From contig OZ244650.1 of NCBI GenBank assembly GCA_965218785.1, positions 512,001 to 576,000 of the forward strand: DNA of 64,000 nucleotides, read 5' to 3'. Positions 46,528 to 55,899 of the stretch are shown piece by piece. Below the pieces are notes generated by a model, which ran no database searches, was not told the origin of the DNA, and was given only the letters and a program-made list of their open reading frames with translations. The position numbers were made by a program, and so were the translations under genes. The stretch's first letter is position 1; every line of letters begins with the position of its first letter. The DNA is from Nitrosopumilus sp. (GTDB lineage Archaea; Thermoproteota; Nitrososphaeria; Nitrososphaerales; Nitrosopumilaceae).

Positions 46528-47445
46528 ATGCCTTATAGAAAATTCAGTACATCATATCCTGTGGATTTACAAAAATTTATTGAAGAACAATCCTTATCCG
46601 AGTTTCCGATTGGTCTGGGGGGCTGCAGAAATTCAGGTCTTCATTTTGACTCATGCGGGTATGACCTTGTTGTTTTTGATGGAAAATCAGAGCCGGAAAA
46701 AATCATCCAATGCGGAAGCGAATTTGTAATCCTTCACCATGCTTCACTCTCTGAGGGTTCATCAAGAAAACTCCTCGAGTATGACAATCTAAAGATTATT
46801 CATGACGAATCGTGGGATTTGCAAATGTTACTCTCCAAAATCAATGAGAAACGTTCTTCACTCTTTAAAGATCTTGCAAAAAACTGTTTGATTGAATCCA
46901 TGTTTTGTTCTCAAAAAACTAAAGAAGCAATCCAGTCATCTGACGTGTTTGCCCCCTGCTGGCAAAAATGCGCCTCTTACTATCTGGCCGATGCCGTATC
47001 TTCGCTGAACAGTCAAAGATCCGGCCCGTCCCACATGCTGGACTTGCTTCGAAGACTAGAAAAAACCTCGATCAACGAACATATCTCAGTTGTTACCCAG
47101 ACAGTTGGAATTGAAAGATCTACTCTGACCCTGCTTGAACGTATGTTAAAATCCACCATGGGCTTCTCTGATGTGGTAGAAAAAAACAACCATTCGCTAA
47201 TTATTCGGCAAAAACACGATTTCTTTGTAAAAAACTCGATGCTTTCTGACTGTTATTTCTACCTGGGTTATCTAAACAAGGAAAATTTTGTAAAAATCAA
47301 GGATACTTTGAATCGGAAACAGGATCTTATCCACATTCTCAAGGTCGCATTTGACGTTGAATCTGATTCAAATCTGTTGTCCCAACAGGCAGATCTCCTC
47401 CAGAAATCATGCAATGATCTGCTTGAGATGGTTTCAAGAGCCTAG
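46528..47445 (+). CDS. Hypothetical protein with degenerate Pol-beta-like nucleotidyltransferase N-terminus
   Basis: GLGGCR...SCGYDLVVF resembles hG[GS]x..DxDh; helical C-terminal domain. Confidence 0.65.
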   Translation: MPYRKFSTSYPVDLQKFIEEQSLSEFPIGLGGCRNSGLHFDSCGYDLVVFDGKSEPEKIIQCGSEFVILHHASLSEGSSRKLLEYDNLKIIHDESWDLQMLLSKINEKRSSLFKDLAKNCLIESMFCSQKTKEAIQSSDVFAPCWQKCASYYLADAVSSLNSQRSGPSHMLDLLRRLEKTSINEHISVVTQTVGIERSTLTLLERMLKSTMGFSDVVEKNNHSLIIRQKHDFFVKNSMLSDCYFYLGYLNKENFVKIKDTLNRKQDLIHILKVAFDVESDSNLLSQQADLLQKSCNDLLEMVSRA

Positions 47446-47498
47446 GCATTCCAGATTTTGCCACTACCTTTTAAAATGAGTAAGATTACTGACTTTTC

Positions 47499-47642
47499 AT
47501 GGTAGATCAAGCATGTGGATGCGAAGCTGATAGCGGCGATCCAGATTATTCATGTGATTGTGCAATGCAAGGTCATTGCATATGCAGTGCTGATTGCAGC
47601 TGTAAAACCGACGTTTGCAAAGAAGCAACTAAAGATATGTAA
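47499..47642 (+). CDS. 47-aa metallothionein-like protein (MVDQACGCEADSGDPDYSCDCAMQGHCICSADCSCKTDVCKEATKDM)
   Basis: 9 Cys including four CxC motifs, plus one His; TTTTAAAA about 25 nt upstream; T-tract downstream. Confidence 0.75.
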   Translation: MVDQACGCEADSGDPDYSCDCAMQGHCICSADCSCKTDVCKEATKDM

Positions 47643-47681
47643 TTTAACAGTTAATTACAATCTCATTTTTTATTTTTAAAA

Positions 47682-47849
47682 TTATTCCTCTTCTTCTTCC
47701 ATGCCCCATGATTTTACCAAATCCTTTTGGAACTTGTCTGCCTGTTTTTCATCTAATGCAAACCCACAATTTTTGTGTGTGGGAACCACGGTCATTCCGT
47801 CAAGTTTGAACTCTACCTCATACAAGTGAATTTTTGGACATTCACACAT
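47682..47849 (-). CDS. 55-aa small protein (MCECPKIHLYEVEFKLDGMTVVPTHKNCGFALDEKQADKFQKDLVKSWGMEEEEE)
   Basis: CxC and HxxC candidate metal ligands; acidic tail; convergent with the metallothionein-like gene. Confidence 0.7.
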   Translation of the reverse strand: MCECPKIHLYEVEFKLDGMTVVPTHKNCGFALDEKQADKFQKDLVKSWGMEEEEE

Positions 47850-47972
47850 TCTGAATTTTGGTAAATTTTCCTCTATATTTGCTTAATTGAATTGGGCATT
47901 ACCGCTGTTTTTCCCTTTTTTTGTAATCATGAATAACGTTTAACTATGTGAATTACCTATTTTTTTACAGAT

Positions 47973-49508
47973 TTGAAAGCAATATCACTTCTTCCAATCA
48001 TCGCGGTTTTATTATTGGGCTCAATGACGCTTCCATCCGTCTATGCACAAATCCAGGCCGGAGGTGTTGATAAAGAGGGTACGTGGTATGCAGGCGAAGG
48101 TCTCAAACAAGGAGACTATTTTTCCTATTCAATGTGTCATGTAGACTACAAAGATTGTACCCAATTTGACTTGGACTTGTGGATTAAAGGCGACATTAAA
48201 GTTGGAACTGAAACAAAGTGGGTGGCCGAAGCAGTTGTTTATGATGGTAGTAAAATTGTCGTAGGTGAAATACATTTGGGAAAGATTGCTCCAGAACCAA
48301 CAGGCGGCAGTGAAGAACTGGGAGTTTACCGCGGTGCGTTCAAATCTTCTATAGTATGGCTGTCTGCATTTGCAACTTCTGATGATCGTTCCGGTGGAAA
48401 AGGACCAAAAGCATTTAGCGATATATCCTGGGGTAAAATTGCAAACATTGGAGGCGAACAGGTTGTTCCACAGGCGCTTGAAACAATTACAACCCCTGCA
48501 GGAACTTGGGAAACAGTTGTAATTGGATGGAAGACTGGCGGCGCTACAAGTAAGGTTTGGATTGTAGATGACTTTCCATTTCCAGTAAAAGCTAAAACTT
48601 ACGTTCATACAAATACGGGAATTCCTCCAGTTGAATACGAGTTTACATTAATAGAATATCGGCAAGATGTACAAAAAAGTCCGTTTGAATCAATAGTGTC
48701 TACAAAAAATGAAGGTGTGGCACTAGGCTGTGAAACCAATTTTGCCAAGGATACTAGCATAAAAAAGCCTACACATGATTTTAATTATCAATTGCACATA
48801 TTCTACGGTCCGGAGGATCCTGTTCAGGGATGTGAAATGCAGTGGATAATTGAATTTATCAGCAAGTATAACGATGCGGAAAGATTGAATCAGGTTCAAT
48901 TTGATGTCTATGTGGTTAATGATGAGTTTGACTGGCCACCTCTTAGATCAATTGCGCAAGAAGCGGGCAAAGAATTTCTTTATTCCCAATCAGGACAATA
49001 CATTCTGGACTTTGTTGTACGTGAAAAACCAGGCATTGCAAACTATGTGATCTGGATAAATGGCTTGGCCCCTGATTGGGCTGTTCCAACATCATCTCCG
49101 GACTATCTGGAAATCAGCATTCCGATATTTGCAGCCGATAAAAGTTTCACGCCGCCATCTGTCCCGAACACTGATCCAGAAACTGTTCCGGACACTGATC
49201 CAGAAACTGTTCCGGACACTGATCCAGAAACTGTCCTGGAAATTCCTGACTGGGTTAAAAATAATGCCGGCTGGTGGGCAGATGGAACCATAGATGACGC
49301 CTCTTTTGTAGGAGTAATTCAATATCTAATTGAGAATGGAATTATGAAAATCCCCCCAACAACCCAGGGAGAATCTGGTACTGGTGAAATTCCCGACTGG
49401 ATTAAAAATAATGCTGGCTGGTGGGCAGATGGAACCATAGATGACGCCTCTTTTGTAGGAGGAATTCAATATCTAATTGAGAAAGGCATCCTGAATATAT
49501 CCTCCTGA
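47973..49508 (+). CDS. Secreted/surface protein with two thaumarchaeal IPxWxKNNAGWWA C-terminal modules
   Basis: Signal peptide; (DTDPETVP) linker; duplicated IPDW[VI]KNNAGWWADGTIDDASFV module. Confidence 0.88.
   Translation: MKAISLLPIIAVLLLGSMTLPSVYAQIQAGGVDKEGTWYAGEGLKQGDYFSYSMCHVDYKDCTQFDLDLWIKGDIKVGTETKWVAEAVVYDGSKIVVGEIHLGKIAPEPTGGSEELGVYRGAFKSSIVWLSAFATSDDRSGGKGPKAFSDISWGKIANIGGEQVVPQALETITTPAGTWETVVIGWKTGGATSKVWIVDDFPFPVKAKTYVHTNTGIPPVEYEFTLIEYRQDVQKSPFESIVSTKNEGVALGCETNFAKDTSIKKPTHDFNYQLHIFYGPEDPVQGCEMQWIIEFISKYNDAERLNQVQFDVYVVNDEFDWPPLRSIAQEAGKEFLYSQSGQYILDFVVREKPGIANYVIWINGLAPDWAVPTSSPDYLEISIPIFAADKSFTPPSVPNTDPETVPDTDPETVPDTDPETVLEIPDWVKNNAGWWADGTIDDASFVGVIQYLIENGIMKIPPTTQGESGTGEIPDWIKNNAGWWADGTIDDASFVGGIQYLIEKGILNISS
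49159..49235 (+). repeat. 24-bp tandem repeat x3 (coding VPDTDPET)
   Basis: ACACTGATCCAGAAACTGT core present three times at 24-bp spacing. Confidence 0.9.
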
Positions 49509-49554
49509 CCTGCCTACCTCTAACTTATAAAATCGCCCCGAATAATTAATTATA

Positions 49555-49914
49555 ATGGTCAGTCTTTTTCGATATCCAAAACGTCGTTTGAAAAAACTAA
49601 TCAGGGACGGCGAGTACATTCAAGCCATTGAATTTGGAAAACAGATAGAACCTGATTTTGCCGATGATCACGATTTCATGTTCATCATGGGAAGCATCTA
49701 CTTTATTGTAGATGATGCAAAAATGGCGCTTCCATATTTTGAAAAGGCCGTCCAACTAAGCAACAACGACATTGAAACCCTCACTCTAAAAACAAACGTT
49801 CATCTGGCTTTGCAGCAAAAAGATGAGGCAATTGACTGCTGCAAACAAATCATGCAGTTAAAACCAAAAAATTCCGAGGCGCGTGACCTGCTTGAAAAAC
49901 TAGAAAACCTGTGA
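49555..49914 (+). CDS. TPR-repeat protein
   Basis: A..YFEKAV and EAIDCC TPR helix pairs. Confidence 0.85.
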   Translation: MVSLFRYPKRRLKKLIRDGEYIQAIEFGKQIEPDFADDHDFMFIMGSIYFIVDDAKMALPYFEKAVQLSNNDIETLTLKTNVHLALQQKDEAIDCCKQIMQLKPKNSEARDLLEKLENL

Positions 49915-49915
49915 G

Positions 49916-50395
49916 TCACTCTTTCTTTTTCATCTGATATGCATTTTCCATCAGCCAATCACAAAACGCTGTGACTTTACCATCAAATTCCGTCCAGATA
50001 TGTACTGAATGAGGCAGGATGTCAATCTTCCAGTTTTTTGTATATATTCTGACCCCCTCTTTGTTTTCATACATGTATGCATCCTCAGTCTGCACATCCC
50101 CGAGCAGCTCTACTGCCTTTTGTTTTATTATTTCCCTATCTATGGGAAATCTTTTCCTGTCATAATCAATAATCAAGCTCAGATCCCTTTTTCCATACAT
50201 TTCAAACTCCTCAATCCTACCCTCTTTTGGAAAATTTACCACCAGTTTGATGTTGTAGTTTTTGCCAACCTCTTTTCCTATCTCCACTATTCTCGAATAT
50301 GCCATGCCTGGGTTTTTCTTTAAAAGAAACGTGATCTGTGCCAGGTCTTTCTTCAACTGGGTCTGAAGATCCAAAATCAATTCTGAAAATATCAT
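49916..50395 (-). CDS. Hypothetical protein
   Basis: Probable start MIFSEL at 50395; no family recognised. Confidence 0.75.
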   Translation of the reverse strand: MIFSELILDLQTQLKKDLAQITFLLKKNPGMAYSRIVEIGKEVGKNYNIKLVVNFPKEGRIEEFEMYGKRDLSLIIDYDRKRFPIDREIIKQKAVELLGDVQTEDAYMYENKEGVRIYTKNWKIDILPHSVHIWTEFDGKVTAFCDWLMENAYQMKKKE

Positions 50396-50474
50396 ACGTA
50401 TTCTCCGGGATTTCCTTTTATAACCATTAATTTTACCTAGATTGGTTTTTTTAGAACTCTGATTCATCTAAAAT

Positions 50475-51119
50475 ATGGCAATGCCTATGGATTATGACGG
50501 AATGAGAACCGATGATGCCTCTGAGAGGACCACCAATGTTGATGAGTATAGGCGGACCTGTATTGATTTTATCGAGGATATCTCCCATGACTATGAGGCA
50601 TGGGTTGATTATTACAAGCTGCCTGAGGATGAAGACAAAAGAAGGCGGGCAGGCATCCGTGCCACCATTACCAGAACAAACGAATGGATAGCCAAAGTCG
50701 CCCAGTCAATTCAGGCAGTTGATGTTGCCATGAATGACGGAATTCAAAAGATGGCCGAATCCACTGCCGGCAAGCCCCTAGAATTTGGCGTCTTTGTAAA
50801 TCGGCAATCCGGCTATACTGAAACAAAGCCTGGAATCATAGATGTCAATATCAAAGCACACGGGCGGAAAGGAAGAAAAATGAAGCTGGGATTTCATTTT
50901 AAGGATGACCGGTTTAGAATAGAATCCACATGTGGCGCGTATATTGATGAAAGTGATATCAGGACCGAAGAATTTGAAATGATGGATGTTCACTTGAAGC
51001 TTTATGCTAAAAACGCCAAACAGCGTGATGTCATATCATTTACAGTAACTGTTAGCGAGATTGAAAATGACGTTGAAATAGACAAAAGGGGGCTTTCAAC
51101 TATAGTCCACTTGGTGTGA
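50475..51119 (+). CDS. Hypothetical protein
   Basis: 214-aa ORF with helical N-half and beta-rich C-half. Confidence 0.75.
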   Translation: MAMPMDYDGMRTDDASERTTNVDEYRRTCIDFIEDISHDYEAWVDYYKLPEDEDKRRRAGIRATITRTNEWIAKVAQSIQAVDVAMNDGIQKMAESTAGKPLEFGVFVNRQSGYTETKPGIIDVNIKAHGRKGRKMKLGFHFKDDRFRIESTCGAYIDESDIRTEEFEMMDVHLKLYAKNAKQRDVISFTVTVSEIENDVEIDKRGLSTIVHLV

Positions 51120-51127
51120 TTGGTGTC

Positions 51128-53341
51128 TTATTCAAGATAATTGATGAATTTTCCGGTCTTTTCTAGCTCTATTGAATTGATCTCCTCTAGACTCTCAAAG
51201 GAGTTCATTTTTAGATGCAAGTCAGTTGCCGTATACAACACGTCATCAATATAGAATGTTCTGGGACTGTCAAGTTTGTAGTAATTTGAATCCCCGTCTG
51301 AATGAGTTATTACTCCCTTTAGATTGAATCCGGCAGTGTCATCCAAATCAAATACATAGAATCCACTCCAACCATCGTCAGTCCCCCTCACATGGCCTGA
51401 TGCATCGCTGAGGTCTTTTGCATTTCCTGATATTGGAATTGAAAGAATCTCCCTTGTCTTATCAAAGAAGAACGCTTTGTGATCGTATAATGCATCTGAA
51501 TGCGTGCGGCTGCCTCCTATGACTATCTCATCTGCAACTTTGGGATTGCTAACATCTGCAACGTTAAATAATGCTATCTTTATCCCCAGCTGAGTTACGC
51601 GACTATCCACTGCATTCGTGTCCCTGCCTATCCCGATGATGTGTTCCTCGTCATATGGATGCAAATAATTTGAAAATCCAGGAATCTTTAATTCTCCTAA
51701 AATCTTTGGGGTATCTGTTGACAAGTCAATTACAAAGAATGGATCAATCTGCTGGAATGTCACCAGATATAGCCTGTCTCCTATGAATCTGGCTGAAAAA
51801 ATGCTCTCATCAGGCGCAATATTCTCCAGTTCCCCTACGATGTTTAGTTGTTCATCTAGGATGTGGACTGCATTTGCACGAATTAACCCCTGGTACTGTG
51901 TATGGTATTCGACGGTAGTTGCAATCCTGAATCGGTCCCCGTTCTGATCCATGGAAAACTGGTTAAGGAGACGTCCGGGCACCGTTCCTTTTGCAATATA
52001 CTCTATTTTATCCTCATCAATTGATATTTTGTGAATTATTGTTTTTACTATGTCCTCTTGATTTTTTAGATCATATTCATGTAATGCCTTTTTAATCGTT
52101 GCAAACAACTCTTCTTTGTCATCTTTGTCCATTTTATTGTATGACTCTTGCAACAATCCTGAAATTTTCATCCACTGTGTAGCTGAATTTAATGAGGAAT
52201 CATTCTGAATTGTTTTGATCTCATTTTGAATGCTCTCTGGCAGCAGCGGTACTATGATGTCAAAGAATCTGTCCCGTACTATACTCTCGTGAGACAAGAG
52301 CTGTGTCTTTTGCGTGTTTTGCTCATAAGTCAGATAAAAGTTGTCTTCAGATACATAAAATGCTCCGGAATACCCCATAAGGAATGTTTCAGAGTTTACC
52401 GTATCACCAAATATGTCAATTGCAGTCAGCGTGTTAAAGTTTGAAAATTCCTCTACATTATCAAAGTAAAACGCATCGGGTGTCACAATTGGAATGGAAC
52501 GCTCTAAAATAACCGGAAGTCTTGGATTAAGATGGTCAATATAACTACTAGTGACAAAGTATGCATAATCACCTATCATCCGTGCATCACTGAAGTGACC
52601 ATCAATGGAATAATCCTTGAGAATTATCGGATCTTCCTTGTCTGATACGTCAATAATTAACGCATGAGTAGCTGGACTGTAAGAACGCTGTGGAACAAAG
52701 TCATACGGCTGAATTGCCTCCTCATACTTGTGTCCATTATAAAATATCACCAGTCTGTCCTCATTTAGGAACATGTCTTGAATATACGATAATTCCACAT
52801 CTAGTGCAATTTTGAGAATTAAACTTGCATCCTCTGCAGGATATGCATCAATTATTGATAAGGTATTTCCACGTACGATGTAGACGTATTTTGAATCATT
52901 TTTGAGATAGTCTGACTCGTCAACATTTGCAACCTGGACATTCGTAGTTGAATATTCTGGGGTTTGCTTGTTGCGAATAGTCTGTGAAAATACGTCAGAT
53001 TGTAGAGCTCCTGGCTCCCTAAATACAGATTCCGAGGTTGAACCTATGTTAGATACTGTCCGGTCAAGGTTCACCGAACCTAGAGATCTTTCTCCGAACA
53101 AAGCAGCAGATGCCTCTAGAATGTTTTTCAACTCTTCCTGAGATGCTATTTTTTTAATGTCGTGTGTTCCTTCAAAATACTCGGATGCTGGTTTTTCAAC
53201 ATAGACTATTTCAGGAGGAGACTGTTCCCTGATGATCTCAGACTGTTGTTCAAAACCAACCAAATACATTATTCCTGCGGTACTCATTGCCGAAACGACT
53301 ATTGCAATTACAATTATTATTTTTGAATCCATTTTTTCCAC
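51128..53341 (-). CDS. Membrane-anchored secreted protein with C-terminal beta-propeller domain (Beta_propel family)
   Basis: YSTTNVQVANVDESD, GRLLNQFSMD, LVTFQQIDPFFVIDL and GELKIPGFSNYLHP motifs. Confidence 0.9.
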   Translation of the reverse strand: MEKMDSKIIIVIAIVVSAMSTAGIMYLVGFEQQSEIIREQSPPEIVYVEKPASEYFEGTHDIKKIASQEELKNILEASAALFGERSLGSVNLDRTVSNIGSTSESVFREPGALQSDVFSQTIRNKQTPEYSTTNVQVANVDESDYLKNDSKYVYIVRGNTLSIIDAYPAEDASLILKIALDVELSYIQDMFLNEDRLVIFYNGHKYEEAIQPYDFVPQRSYSPATHALIIDVSDKEDPIILKDYSIDGHFSDARMIGDYAYFVTSSYIDHLNPRLPVILERSIPIVTPDAFYFDNVEEFSNFNTLTAIDIFGDTVNSETFLMGYSGAFYVSEDNFYLTYEQNTQKTQLLSHESIVRDRFFDIIVPLLPESIQNEIKTIQNDSSLNSATQWMKISGLLQESYNKMDKDDKEELFATIKKALHEYDLKNQEDIVKTIIHKISIDEDKIEYIAKGTVPGRLLNQFSMDQNGDRFRIATTVEYHTQYQGLIRANAVHILDEQLNIVGELENIAPDESIFSARFIGDRLYLVTFQQIDPFFVIDLSTDTPKILGELKIPGFSNYLHPYDEEHIIGIGRDTNAVDSRVTQLGIKIALFNVADVSNPKVADEIVIGGSRTHSDALYDHKAFFFDKTREILSIPISGNAKDLSDASGHVRGTDDGWSGFYVFDLDDTAGFNLKGVITHSDGDSNYYKLDSPRTFYIDDVLYTATDLHLKMNSFESLEEINSIELEKTGKFINYLE

Positions 53342-53460
53342 ATCTTTTAGTTATCCTCTTTTTTTTGAGAACAGATATTTAGCGATTACTATTCCTTGTC
53401 GGTTTGGAATAAAAGGTTTAATGAAATTCCAGTTTTACCAAACAACTTACATATGCCGGA

Positions 53461-54636
53461 TTGACATTAACAGCTCTAATGACTGCAGATGATGCCTTAA
53501 ATGACGAAGTAACTGAAAAAATAAAGATTCTTGCAACAGACGATGAAAAAATAAAGTCATTTGGTGAGTTGCTTACAAACGATTCTAGCCGTGAAATTTT
53601 ACAACTGCTCTTCAATGAGGAATTATCTGCAACTCAAATTACTCAAAAAACCGACATTTCGCTACAACTTGTAAAATATCATCTAATCAAGCTTCAGGAT
53701 TTGGGAATTGTGAAAATCTCAAAGATTGAAAAAAACTCCAAATCCAAAGACATGAAGTTTTATTCTGCAACAAAATTCAGCATCGTAATCGTTCCGCCAA
53801 AACTGTCTAAAAAAACAAAGGAAAGTAAATTGTTGGTCAGATCCTTTAGACATATTTACAGGGTGGCAGGACTAGGAATCGCAACAGGCATTTCAGGACT
53901 GTTCTCCTTGGCTGCATTACCACAGGAAAGACAAATTCCTGCCAGTGATGTCGTATCAAACCAAGAATCTCTCTTACCTGAACAGTTGGATAAAAGCAAC
54001 CAAGATGTCTTGCCGACCGGAGAAGACACGGTCATACAGAAAGAAACATTTGAAGAATCAGATAAACTCGCCCAAAGCGTCCAATACACTGATACTGATT
54101 TATCTCACGAACCATCTGCTGCACCTACTACTGCTGAGACTGTTGCTCCTGATGGTGAGCCTCAAATGAATTTTGATACTGAGTCATCTCCTGTAACTTC
54201 CTCTGCACCTACTACTGATATTGCTGCCCCTGAAGGTGAGCTTCAAATGAATCTTGATCCTGAGCCATCCTCCCCAACTTCCTCTGCACCTACTGCCCCT
54301 GAAGGTGAGCCTCAAATACCGCTTGATCCTGAGCCATCTCCAATGCCATCCTCTACACCTGCCGCCCCTGAAGGTGAGCCTCAAATACCGCTTGATCCTG
54401 AGCCATCTCCAATGCCATCCTCTGCACCTAATACTGCCGCCCTTAAAGATGAGCCTCAAATACAGCTTGATGCTGATTTGAGTGTCGTGGCTGATGTAAT
54501 TGACTCTAATATTGCAACTTACTCCTTTTCTGATCTGCTGGCCCCGCTTGTCATAGTTACGGGAATTTTTGCTGGGCTGACTGTTTACTATTTGTACAAA
54601 TCACTGAAAAAACCGCGGATCCTAACTGGGGTATAA
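53461..54636 (+). CDS. Membrane-tethered ArsR-type wHTH regulator with Pro/Glu-rich repeat loop
   Basis: N-terminal SSREILQLL..LSATQI..SLQLVKYHL..L wHTH; TM; repeats; C-terminal TM. Confidence 0.85.
   Translation: MTLTALMTADDALNDEVTEKIKILATDDEKIKSFGELLTNDSSREILQLLFNEELSATQITQKTDISLQLVKYHLIKLQDLGIVKISKIEKNSKSKDMKFYSATKFSIVIVPPKLSKKTKESKLLVRSFRHIYRVAGLGIATGISGLFSLAALPQERQIPASDVVSNQESLLPEQLDKSNQDVLPTGEDTVIQKETFEESDKLAQSVQYTDTDLSHEPSAAPTTAETVAPDGEPQMNFDTESSPVTSSAPTTDIAAPEGELQMNLDPEPSSPTSSAPTAPEGEPQIPLDPEPSPMPSSTPAAPEGEPQIPLDPEPSPMPSSAPNTAALKDEPQIQLDADLSVVADVIDSNIATYSFSDLLAPLVIVTGIFAGLTVYYLYKSLKKPRILTGV
54110..54470 (+). repeat. About five imperfect 69-78-bp coding repeats (APEGEPQIPLDPEPSPMPSS-like)
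   Basis: GCCCCTGAAGGTGAGCCTCAAAT..CTTGATCCTGAGCCATC recurs; two adjacent 69-bp units are nearly identical. Confidence 0.88.
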
Positions 54637-54945
54637 CGTAACTTCAATTGTCACCCTCTTTTCTTTTGCCCTTGTCTCACCAGGATATTTTAACTCTGAA
54701 ATCTTCCTGTTTAACTCCTCGTCTGTGACAACTCTTGCCTCTCCTGAAAAAATCAAGTTATTGTGACTTATTCTCACTTTCGGATTCATTACGGCGTTTT
54801 TGAACCAATCCCCGTCTGGTCTGTGTCTTGAAAAATATATTTTTCCATTATAATTTACCGCACGTAGCATGACTGAATGCTGATTTCCAGTCTTTCTGCC
54901 CCTTGTGGTCAGAATTGGATGAAATAACTTTTCTTTTATCTTCAT
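54622..54945 (-). CDS. Deazaflavin (F420)-dependent nitroreductase/DDN-like split-barrel protein
   Basis: LTTRGRKTG..H and DWFKNAVMNPKV motifs; probable start MKIKEK at 54945. Confidence 0.8.
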   Translation of the reverse strand: MKIKEKLFHPILTTRGRKTGNQHSVMLRAVNYNGKIYFSRHRPDGDWFKNAVMNPKVRISHNNLIFSGEARVVTDEELNRKISELKYPGETRAKEKRVTIEVTLYPS

Positions 54946-55033
54946 GCGTGATTTTTTCCTGTCAAGTAATTTAACCCCATTGCTAGAAATTTCTGATATC
55001 TGGTCTGATAAGTAAATCTGATCATTTGAGACC

Positions 55034-55486
55034 ATGTCCGTAAAACTAGAAGGAATGCCTACACGCATTGCTACTGCAGACACGTTTACTGGAAAAAAAG
55101 TCATAGATAGGGAGGGAGTCGAACATGGCAAGGTCAAGCACATACATATCAATCAAGATACACTTACCGTATCAGGCGTGACTATCCGTTATGGATTCAA
55201 CAAGAATTATTTTCTTTCCGAAGACTATATAGACAAATTCTCTGAAAAGACACTGCTTCTTAGCAGGCCTCCTGTTAGGACCGGTGTTTCGGTGGTAGAC
55301 ATTGATCGACACAAGATTGGCAAGATAAAGCGGTTACATAGGAATCCTGACACCAATGAACTCGAATCAATTGAAGTGACCGCAGGTCTGACACGTTCTA
55401 AGATCCTCTCAAAATCGGAAATCTGGGGAATAGGAGAAAAAGTCATTTTAAGAATGACAAAAAAAGAGTTCAAGAATATCAAGTGA
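55034..55486 (+). CDS. Tandem PRC-barrel domain protein
   Basis: GKKVIDREGVEHGKV and VVDIDRHKIGKI motifs. Confidence 0.85.
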   Translation: MSVKLEGMPTRIATADTFTGKKVIDREGVEHGKVKHIHINQDTLTVSGVTIRYGFNKNYFLSEDYIDKFSEKTLLLSRPPVRTGVSVVDIDRHKIGKIKRLHRNPDTNELESIEVTAGLTRSKILSKSEIWGIGEKVILRMTKKEFKNIK

Positions 55487-55524
55487 TACCCTCAAACCTA
55501 TTTTTTCAAAATAACATTTTTTGA

Positions 55525-55623
55525 TTAACTTGTTTTTTTAGTACATGCCATACAAACAGGAATTCCTTCCTGAACAGTTATTTCTATATTTGATGAGTGA
55601 CATATCTGACAAAGCCCTTTCAT
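55525..55623 (-). CDS. 32-aa zinc-ribbon micro-protein (MKGLCQICHSSNIEITVQEGIPVCMACTKKTS)
   Basis: CxxC-x15-CxxC pattern; frame is open further upstream without a start codon. Confidence 0.5.
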   Translation of the reverse strand: MKGLCQICHSSNIEITVQEGIPVCMACTKKTS

Positions 55624-55899
55624 AAAGTCTGCTTCAAATTCCTCCTTAAATTTTTTTACGTGTGTGCCACGTTCTGATTGTGCTCCATTCTGAATAAAAC
55701 CATGCCGTAAATTCGAAATTTCCCAGTATTATGATCTAAGCTGTGCCTCAGTATATCCATTAGGTACAATCAGAATTTTTGGAGTGATCGGATCAATCTG
55801 GCAATTATCAAAACTGATGTAATCATTAGATCCTGCCAGTCTGGCATCTGTGACTGGAGACTGTCTTTTTACGATGAAAGGTAAATTAACAATTTATAA

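Noticed and set aside
54110-54470. Repeats with roughly 70-bp periodicity resembling CRISPR spacing
   Set aside because: Whole units are homologous (no unique spacers), lengths are multiples of 3, and they lie inside a coding region.
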